Source: the human T2T-CHM13v2.0 reference genome, Homo sapiens | Assembly: GCF_009914755.1 (NCBI RefSeq) | Contig: NC_060925.1 | Reading direction: 5' to 3' (one strand) | Length of the DNA stretch: 64,000 bases | Shown: positions 53,236-64,000 of the stretch, piece after piece | Layout: the number at the start of each line of letters is the position of its first letter | How positions within the stretch are numbered: position 1 is the first letter of the stretch | The notes under the pieces: model-generated | What the model was told of the DNA's origin: nothing | The model's input: the letters and a program-made list of their open reading frames with translations, nothing else | Databases searched by the model: none | Program-made: the position numbers and the translations under genes

Positions 53236-53940
53236 TGAAACTACCTTTGCAAAAATGATAACTGTGAGAAAATTATGACAGTGAAAAAAATCTGATCTAA
53301 CCAACACCCATCTCTTGCTTTTAGGCTCCAAACTGCTCCTCATCATTCCTGGGCTTTGGCCAAGCTAACTTGGGGAGACATTTAGTTTATAATTTAAATG
53401 ATGAAAGCCTGTCCTCAAAATTAACCAACTTTGAAAAGCTAATGAAAGACCACCAGGTTGGGAGGATGAGAAGAGCCTGAATTCTGCTAAGATGTAGATA
53501 TAAATGACTACCAGACTTTATTCTGGAAGTCACAAGATTTGCAACTTCCCCAATTACTCCTGCAGATAATATCACTATTGGCCTTTTGAGATGTCCTTTT
53601 CAGGTTTTTGCATTTCTGATGACCAATGCCTTTACCTGGACCCATCAGCTAGTCCCATGGCCCCACCCAGAAGTGGACTCAGGCACCCATAAGGACCATT
53701 TTCCGCACCCCTATGATTGCACCCCCAACCAATCAGCAGTACCCATTCCCTGGCCTGCCAAACTATTTGTGAAAAACATAGCCTCTGGATTTTCAGAGAG
53801 ACTGATTTGAGTCATGAAACTCTGGCCACCCATTCACCTGGCTCTGCATGAATTAAACTCTTTCTCTATTGCGTTTCTTCTGTCTGGATAAATTGGCTCT
53901 ATCCAGGCAGCTTGCAAAATGAACCTGTTGGATGGTTATA
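53236..53940 (+). mobile_element. LTR8-family (LTR8A/B-like) ERV1 solo LTR
   Basis: tgaaactacctttgcaaaa...gtcacaagatttgcaacttccccaattactcctgcagataa...caaccaatcagcag; flanks gcat/gtgt fit a CpG-decayed gcgt TSD. Confidence 0.85.
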
Positions 53941-54234
53941 GTGTTGTCTCTTTTTATTGCTTAGTCCTCCTTTCACTTGCTCTACTTCATCTTCTACGTG
54001 GTGGGCCAAACAACAGTGGGCAGCTATTTCATCCTCCTGAATATCCAAAACCCAAAGAATTTCTCTCCTTACATGGTCCACTAGAAAAGTCTCAGTAAGA
54101 ATTCTAATTTGCTTGGTTTGGTTCATGTTTGCACTTTTCGTCTTTTTTTTCCATCTCTTTATTGTGCTGTGTTTTAAGAGATTATCCTTACTTGATGTTC
54201 TAGTCCTCTAATTCACTGTTTATCTGTCTATTGA

Positions 54235-54549
<315 letters not shown>

Positions 54550-55869
54550 CACTTTTAACTATTAATCTGTAGTCTCTCTGAAGTCGATTTGTTATGGATA
54601 TAACATTATGTTATATATTTCTGAAGAGATTTATATTCAAGTGACTGCATTACTTTATTTTACCTCCTGAAGTATTTAGTTCTTCAGTTTGGGGAACTTT
54701 TTTTTGCCTCTTTTAATTGTTTTAGTTCCTTCAAGTGTCTTATGATAGATGGTTGCTCAGTTATCTTTTGATAATCCTTGTTTGATTTGAGGGAGGTGTC
54801 TGAATAGCATGAAATGGATTTTTTCTTTTATAACAAGGGAAGTTCTTTACCTGTCTAAGGGGTGGGGGATAGGTGCTAGATGGACAATAACAATAAATAT
54901 CCAACATGCTATCTGATATTGTCTCTAATGATTCTACTACTTATCCTCAAACTCATTTGATTTTTCACTTTTTTTTTTCAATGTACCCTGTGCTTCTTTC
55001 TACCTTCACAACATTGATCATGATGATTGTCCTGCCTAACAGGCCATTTTTCCTTCTCTCTACTTGCCAAAATCCTGTGTAATCTTCAGGCTCAATACAA
55101 GACTCAACTCATTAAAAAAAATTCCCAAGTACTTTAGCTCTTTTAATTAATGTGTCTCTTTTGCTTAATGCTGATTAGAAATGTGACTTCAGGTTCATTT
55201 CAATTGCAGTAATTGCTACGATTCTGGGGGCTCCTAATACATGCTAAGCCCTGTAGTGGATATGTCATATATACTATGTCATTTATTTCTTATTTAATGG
55301 GATGAATGTTATTTTTCTTTGTTATAGAAGAAGGAACTAAATTTTGGAGCAGGAGATCATCCAGCTCAGAGACCCCTGTCCTCAAATCTGGATGGTCTCT
55401 CAAAGCTGGCTGCTCTCCCATACTCCTGCACTTCTCTCCACTCAACCCATGTCCTTGAGCCACATACTTGCAGAATCTGCCAAGACTCCAAATCCAAAGA
55501 GGCATGGTAACCTCAGGATTTGCAAAGAAGATCAAAGGTATCTAAATCAAGCAGGCAAAGTTATTTAAAGTTTTCAGAACATGTTGGAAAAAGACTAGTA
55601 TGATAATCTTTATTCTGGTATACTGCTCCAGAGCTATTTGACACTGCTCCTTCTTATCAGGATAACTTTCTTCTTTGTCTGGCAAGAATATAACTGAGCA
55701 AAATACTGTTAAGTAAACATGATTTTAAACGAACCTTTCACTTCATTCAGAGATTTCCTTAGACTGCACCTCTGACTTTGGAGATAAGTTAAAGGCACAA
55801 GTCAAAATGGTTTGCTTAGGTTTATTCCTAGTGATTTAAAAGTGATATAAAGGATAAAAATAATTATGT

Positions 55870-56110
55870 TATAGACGTCAGAGGTAAAATAGCGGAAAGT
55901 ACAAGCCAATGGTGTACTGTCTAGTTCGCTTCAATCAGCAGACACCTGATGGCTTTCCTCTACGCAAAGGGGCTTTAAAAGCTGCTGCCCGCAACTTCAA
56001 GTCTGTAAGCCAAAACATAGGTCTAATGCCAAACCAGATTCTGTTTCTTTTACATCATGTTCTCCTGGCTAACTAAATTTCCGGGTTAATCAGAAAGTGT
56101 TAACAACGAG
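55870..56110. promoter_or_regulatory. Candidate promoter/enhancer
   Basis: Near-CRE GACGTCA (55874), GCGGAAAG (55892), AGCCAAT (55904), TTTAAAA (55974) and 7 CpGs in about 240 bp of non-repeat DNA. Confidence 0.3.
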
Positions 56111-56693
56111 TAGAACCACAAAGAAAAAATAAGTCTCAACAAACACAAAATGTTACTAATTACAGTATTAGAGTGCTTTCTGGTTTGCCAAAGCACTTTT
56201 ATACATATTATCTAATTTGTTCTTCACAACTGTGTGTTGTAGAAATTATTGCGTGCATTCTACGATTATGAAATTGAGGTAGTTGATGTAACTCATATTC
56301 AGTTGTCCAGCTAGAAATGGCCAGAATTGAGAATTAAACCCAATTCCAAATTACATCTTCTCCTCCACACCAGTGCTCATGGATGCTCACATGCGCACTC
56401 ATACACATCACTGTTTTTGTCGATGTTTAATGTAGCACTCTCTCTAAGCAAAATAATAAGGCAAGAAATTTATTTAACACTTCAGCCAATATTTATGAAG
56501 CTCCCACTATGTGCTATATACTGTCCTAGACGCTTAAGATAAAGCAATGAACAAATAAAAACAAATAAAAACCCCTGCCTCCTGAAACTTATGTTCTAGT
56601 GGGTAGAGACAGGCAAAAATATATATGTAATAGATAAGAAAATAATAAGGTATTCTAATAAATAATAAGTAATATGGAATAAAAGAAGAGATG

Positions 56694-57011
56694 GGGTGGG
56701 CACAGTGGCTCACACCTGTATTCCCAGCATTTTAGGAGGCCGAGGTGGGTGGATCATTCGAGCCCAGGAGTTTAAGACCAGCCTGGGCAATATGGTGAGA
56801 CCCTTTCACTACAAAAAAAATTAAAAAAAAAATTAGCAGGGCATGGCGCCATGCACCTGTAGTCCCAGCCACTTGGGAGGCTGACATGGAAGGATCACTT
56901 GAGCCTTGGAGGTTGAAGCTTCAGTGAACCGAGATTGCACCACTGAACTCCAGCCTGGATGACAGGGAGACTCTGTCTCAAAAAAAATTAAAAATAAATA
57001 AATAAATAAAA
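56694..57011 (+). mobile_element. AluJ
   Basis: J-diagnostic gagcccaggagttt, ggaaggatcacttgagcc; (AAAT)n tail. Confidence 0.9.
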
Positions 57012-57514
57012 GACAGAGAGAAAGATCAAGGTTGAGAAATTTAGCATTAGGATTTGGAGAAGAGCAGGGCAATTTACAGCATTAAGTAGGATGGTCAGAG
57101 TAAGGCACTTCAAGAAGGAGAAATTTAGGCAAATCTTGAAGGATGTGAATACCTGGAGAAATATTTTTCCAGGCAAAGACTGCTAAAATGTGAAAAGGTG
57201 TGATAGGTATAAAGAACATCAAAGAGGCTAGATCAGAGGACATGAGGGAGAGGAGAAAAAGATGATTAGAGGCCATGGGAGAGAGAACATGTAGGGCCAC
57301 ATAGACCATTATATTATGAGGACTTTGGTGTTCTTCTGAATGAGGTGGAGAGCCATGGGAGAGTTCTGAGTAGTGACATTTGAGAATGTTGAGTTGTTTT
57401 GAAGTGACAGGGCATGATTTACAGTGAAAGGATTATTTGGGCTGCTCTGTTGTAAACAAATTTAAGGGCCGGGGGAAAGAGTAGAAGCAAGGAGGAGTGA
57501 GGAGGCTATTACAG

Positions 57515-58010
57515 TGTATTAATTTCCTGGAGCTGCTGTAATAAAATAACACAAACTTGGTGACTTAAAACAATAGAAATTTATTATCTCAGGGTTCTGG
57601 AGGTGAAATGTCTGAAATGAAGGTGTCAGCCAGGCTGTGCTCTCTCTGTGGCGTTTAGGTGAGACCCTTCCTTGCATCTTTTAGCCCCTGGTAGCTCCAG
57701 GTAATCCTTGGCTTGTGGCAGCATAACTCCAATTGCTGCCTCTGTCTTCTCATGGCTGTCCTCTTCCTAGGTGTATCCACATCATTTCCCCTCTGTGTGT
57801 GTCTCTCTGTATCAAAATTTTCCCCTCCTTTGAGGACACCAGTCATGTTGAAAAAAGGTCATGTCCATGTGACCTCATCTTAACTTGATTCCATCTGCAA
57901 TGACACTATTTCCAAATAAGATCACATTCTGATGGCCTGAAGTTTAGGATTTTAACACATTTGGAGAAAGCAGAGAGGGAAGGGGGAGAAACACAATGTA
58001 ACCCATAACA
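57515..58010 (-). mobile_element. MLT1C-like MaLR LTR
   Basis: tgtattaatttcctggagctgctgtaa...cttaaaacaatagaaatttatt...gacctcatcttaacttgatt...cccataaca. Confidence 0.85.
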
Positions 58011-59868
58011 GGCAGTAATCTAGATGAGAAGTAGTAGAGGCTTAGAATAGGTTGGTAGCAGGGGGACTATGAGGAGTGACTAGATTCTGGATGCATTTTG
58101 AAGCTAGAACCAGCAGAAATTGCTGCTAGATTGGATGTAAAGAGTGAGAAAGAAGCCAGAGATGACTCCAAGATATTTTACCTAACAACTGGAAGGATAG
58201 AGATACCAGAAGGTAAAACAAGTTTTTGGAGAGATAAGAGGATTAGAAGTTTAGCTTTTTTTTTTTTATATTGAGTTTGAAATATTTATGTAGAAAAACA
58301 GGAATGTTGAATGGGAAGTTAGATATACAAGTCTAGAATTTGGGAGAGAGGTCTGGGCTGAAGGTGCAAGGGTTTAAATTTGTAAGTCTTTAGCATATAG
58401 AGGAAACTCAAAGCCAAGTAACTGAGGTTACCAAGGAAGGGGGTCAAATAGAAAAGATGACCAAGGTCTGAACCCTGGGCCACTCCAGCATGAAGAGGTG
58501 ATAGGAGAGGAGGAACCCATAAAGGAGAAACCAGTGAGGTAAGAGAAAAATCCAGAGAGTGAGGGGTCCTGGAAGCCAAGGGAAGAGTGCAGTAAAAAAG
58601 GGGGAAGTGATCAACTGTGTTAAAGGCTGCAGATAGCACAGGTGACATGGAGACTGATAATTGATTATTAGGTTAGAAACAGAGGCATTTTTATGATTTT
58701 GACAAGACTTGCTATGGGGTGGTGGCGGAGAAAGCCTTTTTAGTATGGGTTCAAGAGTGAGTGGGAAGGGAGGATTTGGGAACAGCAAGTAAAGAGAATG
58801 CTTTTGAGGAATGGAATGGTAGCATGTAAGAAGAGTGGAGTCAAGCAAGGTTTTCTTCTGTTTTCTCAAGTGTCGGAAAGGAGATTGCCACCCCACCCCC
58901 TTTTCTGGTTGTCCTTCTGTTCTCCTGATGCTCCTGGTCCCCTGGCCCTCAGGCACCCTTGCTCCTGCCTGTGTCTCTGAGGCTGGCTATCCTGGCTCTT
59001 CCATGCTCTGGGCTACCCTCCCCACACCCTGGCCTCCACCCCTCACCTTCATTTGTTTTTTGTTTCAGTTCCTAAAAGTTCCAATTTATAAAACTGCATC
59101 GTTTCCATTTCTAGTGATGCTAAAACGGCATCATTAGATAATTTCTCTGCTTACCTCACTGAGTCTAGGGAATGATGGGCATCAGATCATGAAGATGAAA
59201 GTGCTCTGCTGACTCTAGAACCATACACATTGAGTTCACTGTAAAAATGGGATTTGAAAAATCTATCAACAGCATTCAGTGTCTTTATGAGCAGAAGATT
59301 TTTCCTCTCATCCCCATGGTCTTAGTCTTGGTCAGGTCTTCATCTCTTCTCCCCTTGTCTATTTAAGTAGTTTACTATATCGTCACTCCTGGCTCAGGTG
59401 CTTGCTTTTTCTCTTCCATATTTCAGAATCCCCTTTCTAACATGCAAAGCTGACCCTATGCCTTCTGCTTAAATTCTTTTGTTGGCTGAGGCTATGACAA
59501 AATGGTCATTATCCTCCATACATGTACTTGGTATCTCTTTATCTTCTTTCATACTTTTTCTTTGTTTCCTGCCCATTCCTTGTGTTATTCTGTGCCTAAA
59601 ATGTGATTATATTTACCCTTCATTGCTAAGTTCAAGTGACCTCTTATTCATGAAGACTTTTCTGAATCCTCCACCCAGCCCCACGCAGAACAGATTGCTC
59701 ATGTCTCTATCCTCCTAAATGATTTTACAAATAAATATCTCTAATAGTTTTTAAAGTGCATATCTATTTTTTTTTCTGTTACACTATGCCATCTGTGAAG
59801 GTGGAGACTCTGACTGATTCCTTTCAGCTTTCACACTACCTGGTATTATTCCTGGCACACAATAGGGG

Positions 59869-60224
59869 TGGTATGGTTTGGCTGTGTCCCCACCCAAATC
59901 TCACCTTGAATTGTAGAAATCCCCATGTGTCAAGGACGGGGCCAGGTGAAGATAATTGAATCATGAGGGCAGTTTCCCCCATACTATTCTCATGGTAGTG
60001 AATAAGTCTCATGAGATCTGAAGGTTTTATAAATGGGAGTTCCCCCGCACAAGCTCTCTTGCCTGCCACTACCTAAGACGTGACTTTGCTCCTCCTTTGC
60101 CTTCTGCCATGATTGTGAGGCCTCCCCAGTCATGTGGAACTGTAAGTCTATTAAACATTTTTCCTTTATAAACTACCCAGTCTCGGGTATGTCTTTATTA
60201 ACAGTGTAAGAACAGACTAATACA
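59869..60224 (+). mobile_element. THE1B/C MaLR solo LTR inserted in an L2 3' end (L2 at about 59300-59865)
   Basis: tggtatggtttggctgtgtccccacccaaatctcaccttgaattgta...cccagtctcgggtatgtctttatt...cagactaataca. Confidence 0.92.
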
Positions 60225-61279
60225 AAGAGTTTCACGAAATTTGTTAAATGGATCCTGCTCATTAGCTGACTGCGCTCCCCAGGGTAGGAGTAGTAGGCTG
60301 GTGGTGGGCGTTGTTGTGGGGACTTCCCTTCCTCTTCACCGTATGCTCCTTTTCTGGAGATTCTATTTATCTGGAGGTAAGGATTAGTATATATAGGGTC
60401 CTTCTCTTCTAATAAAGATGTCCTCGCCACCACTATTGTCCTGGCTTCTCATGTTGTAGCAATGCAGTGAAAACACATGAAGGTCACTGCTGTCCTTGGG
60501 TCAGTGGAGAAATATTTCTGAAAGGTCATGAAGACCAGAGACAGAATGCCAGTGACTAATGTGAAGGCAAAGAGTGTATTTTTGGCATGAATAGCTTGCC
60601 TGCTCCTTTGCAGGTGAGCAGAGACTCATTTACCCTTTCTGCATTTAAGAAACAGGTTCTCTTTGTCCCTGGCAGGGTCAGCAAATGAAATTTCTGTGTT
60701 AGAACTCAGCCAGCAAAACACAGAGCTTTTGTCTGTTAGTAAAAATGCAGTTTCCAAATACAATTCATAGCTCGAGTTATTTTCACTGCCCCAGTCCTTC
60801 TTCCATTTCACATGATGGGGCTGACTGCTCTGAGTGACCTTTAAGCCATCCCTCCTAATTAACACGGAGCCACAAACACGGCAACCAAACCAGAAGCACT
60901 GCAGACTCCCAGAATGTCTACTATCCTGGAACAGTCTAAAATTAGGCCTCATGTTTGTGTATTTGAATTATTATAGATCCCTGGTAGCCTCAGTCATTTA
61001 GCCACTGTTTATGTGATTTCTGTGACCAAGGGAAATAAGGCAAAGGGAGACGTACATTTGATAGGACAAAAGGGTTTAAGAGGCTGCAGCATAATATGAT
61101 ATTTTCATTAAGGCCACATTAGGATGGGGTCCAGCCATGGCTTTTTAAGAAGTATTTTTAGCTGGGGAATGTGAAAGTTATTGGCATCTATTTATCTTTA
61201 GAAATAGAAATTTCTTATGCTGATTTTTCTCTTTATCTGGAGCCTGCATCATTGAATTGTTTCATGCAAGAAGAGGCAG

Positions 61280-62110
61280 CCATGTAGCATGACTGAGAGA
61301 GTACTGGGCTTGAGTCAGGGGATTTGGGTTTGAGTACTAATTTTGTCTCTTTCTTATTGAATGATTATGAACAAATTATTTATTTGCTATGAACCGTCAT
61401 CACCTCTTTTTAAAATAGTGATAGGGATGGCTGCCTACTGCAAAGGTTTGTGATGAGGAGGTTTGTGATGCTACTCTGTGAGCTGTAAAGTGTTGTTCTC
61501 ATCTAAGCCATCGTGAGTAAGAAGCTGTGGGCCTTTTTTTCTGGTGGGATATCCTCTGTCTCTATGAGGCAGCAAGGGCTTGGCCATTACTGTGCCCATT
61601 TAATAATGAAGCTTGAGTCATAGATCAAAGAGGTTACCTGAGCGGTTAATCCATACTTCTAAACACTATATTACTATGCCTCCCAATTCACTCTAAGCGT
61701 ACGTGAAGGTAGACTGATTCAGCCAACATCATTTTCTATGAATCTATTCTCTGTCATTTGGAGGAATCAATATTATTTTACTTTTGAAAAGATTTTTGTC
61801 CTTGAGAATCTTTAAGTGTTGAGATACAAACAGTTGAAGCACACAAAATAGTGAGTCCATCAATTTGCACCACAAACTGAAAGCATGAGCCAAGGAGTTA
61901 AGTATTAATTGGAAAGCCTTCTCGTAAGAGACAGAATTTAGGTCAGGTTTGACAAAAGATCATTGCAACTCATAAGCTATGTGACCTTGGGCAAGTTACC
62001 TAATTTCTCTGAACATCAAGTTCTTCATATAAAAATTCAAATATTAATATATTCTGATTAGGGTTATTATGAGGTTTAAATAAGATAATGTTCATAAAAT
62101 ACTTCATAAA
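61280..62110. mobile_element. MIR fragments
   Basis: gagtcagggggatttgggtttgagt (about 61312) and gctatgtgaccttgggcaagttacctaatttctctgaac (about 61976). Confidence 0.7.
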
Positions 62111-64000
62111 GAGAAGATAATAAAAGCATATAAATGAATGACCAATACAACCAAATTAAATAAAAATCCAAAATCCAAAATAAAACTTTAGAAAATAACA
62201 AAAGTTAAATACATAAACAATTGATGCAAGCCATTATTATGAGCTTCGAACAAATTTATTTAAGTGCACAAGGTGGGTGGGAGTCTGCAGGCTGGGCAGT
62301 GTTTTGGAGATCAGTCCACAGACAGTAGGGCCCATACATTGGCTAAAGTTCAGAAGAGAGAAGAATGACAGGGAGGACAATCCGGTCAGGAAGATAACTC
62401 AGCCAGGACCTAAGAGCAAGGACCAAGGCAAAATATCAGTTCTAGGGACAGGACCGATATAGCAGGTGAGATGACAAGAAGATTGGGCAGGCCCAACACC
62501 CAAGGTCTGAAAGTCAGCTGCTGTGATTTAGTGGCAGATGGAGAGGGGTCAGGGCTGTTGCCATGCTGTTGGCCTCACACTGAATGGGCCAGGAGCTGAA
62601 GAAGAACAGCACCTCCTTGCTGGTGTGGAGATAAGGGGGCCCAGCTGAACCGAGAGGGTGGGGCCAGGAAGTGGGCCTGATAGGAAGACATTGCTGGCAG
62701 GAATGGCAAGAGCAGAGAGGTGTGCATCAATGAGTTAGTAGCAAGGAAGAACAAATCCATAGGCATGGTTGGAAAGGAGAATGTGTCCTAAGGTGGAGGA
62801 GTTTGGATTTTATCAAATTGGTCAAAGGAACAACAGTGTAGGAGTTGAACAAAGAAGAAGAGAGAGACAATGAAAAACGTGGCTTGATGAAAACTAGGTT
62901 ATTGGCTGGGAGATAGAAGGATTACAAGTATAGAGACAATGAACAAAAAAAACAAAGGACTGCAACTGGGGAGATCAGGGAGGTTGTGATCAGTTCTAGA
63001 TACTACTGTGAAAAGTAAAACATTTGGAACCCAGGCCAGAGTTGGAGCAGGACGGGTCTCTGAGAGTTAGTTCAAGACCCTTTCTTTGCTTGCTCAGGTA
63101 CTTATTCCATTCAATTAATCTTGTGCAGAACAGAGGCTTCCAGAGAGTTCTCCTTTGGATCTACCAACAAAACAGAACTTTTGGTTTGCAGAACTAGGAA
63201 GAAAACATCATCACGAATGGAGGCTCCAGTGGCCTCTTTGTCCCTTTTAGAGTCTCTTACCTCCCAAAGAGCCCACATTCCTGCAGCTGAGGAGCAGAGA
63301 CGTCTGAATGGAGTGTGAGCCCTTCAACCTCTTTCGAACAGCCAGGACTCTCTTAACTGGCATCTCCCTTTGGCAAGATGTTTGAAAATGCGGTGGGAGA
63401 GGAGAGAAAGTTTGGAAGGATGTTAATGAGAGAAAATGAGCTACCGAGAAGGGACCCTTTTCAGCAGAAGTTAGAGGGTGTAGAAGAATAATTGCAGAAT
63501 ATAAATATGCCTTAGAGTGTTAAGTAACAGGATTTTAGCCTCTCTCAAATCATAGGCATCTTCAGGCATTTCTGAGATGCTGTCAACACCCACTCATCAC
63601 TATTTGTCTTTCCCGTGTTGTAGGGCAGTTGGAAAGTGATTTAATAATTATCTCTACTTCCTTACTAGATAGAAAAGTTTTATTGAAGCATAACATGAAA
63701 TGTTAGATTCTCCACAAGGGTAACCTAATATAGTAGACAAGACAGAAAATTATGACTTGAGTTCTAATCTCACGTGGATCCTTTGTAAGTACTAGGACTA
63801 TAGTCTCACGTATCCCTCTGGACTTTTGTTAAATCTATAAAATCATGTTGAAAGATTCCTCATAATTTCAACATTCTATAATTTTGAAATCTACAAAACT
63901 ATAGAAGCAAAAACACAACGGGTCAATACTTTCAACTTAAAAATGGGTCCATTTGCCTTGTTTTTATGAAAAAAAGTTTGGGACTCACTATAATTCAATT

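Larger units (their letters stand above)
56470..58830 (-). mobile_element. Long L2a fragment with degenerate RT motifs, interrupted by AluJ and MLT1
   Basis: ORF 58319-58648 retains LSAAFNTVDH and GVAQGSDLG (RT motifs); the L2 3' end lies near 56480. Confidence 0.85.

Noticed and set aside
55328-55536. Plus-strand exon-like stretch after ttgttatag
   Set aside because: The apparent acceptor is a MIR-like core, the donors are weak and the frames close.
58319-58956. Reverse-transcriptase motifs suggesting an RT gene
   Set aside because: Decayed L2 ORF2 with frameshifts and no intact YADD; a fossil, not a novel RT system.
60173-60952. 86 aa and 108 aa minus-strand ORFs
   Set aside because: No recognisable homology or convincing exon boundaries; one runs into a THE1 LTR.
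62230-62560. Possible ancient LTR fragment
   Set aside because: The composition is suggestive, but I could not assign termini or a family.

Overview
This is primate (human-like) genomic DNA, AT-rich and dominated by transposable elements. It carries AluJ/S/Y, old L1M and L1ME fragments, L2, MIR, MaLR (THE1, MLT1), ERV solo LTRs (MER21, MER50-like, LTR18, LTR33, LTR78-like, MER4, LTR8, MLT2) and DNA-transposon fossils (MADE1, MER20, MER45A, MER58). I see no intact protein-coding gene, RNA gene, CpG island or CRISPR array, and most listed ORFs are repeat-derived or chance. Repeat subfamily names come from recalled consensus sequences and need RepeatMasker confirmation. Structure not explained by repeat annotation: (1) a gap-free 128-bp, 91%-identical inverted repeat of apparently unique sequence (23197-23324 / 24332-24459) enclosing a candidate exon; (2) fold-back inverted duplications at the 3' junctions of an L1PA and a THE1 LTR, plus a smaller hairpin with a direct repeat; (3) an L1PA with both ends and ORF1 but almost all of ORF2 deleted; (4) a chain of well-formed minus-strand splice-site pairs suggesting a spliced lncRNA, one exon of which reads as a bipartite-NLS-like peptide; (5) a minimal 32-bp TPRT-type insertion with a perfect 15-bp TSD. 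I cannot identify the locus, and all transcript inferences are untested.
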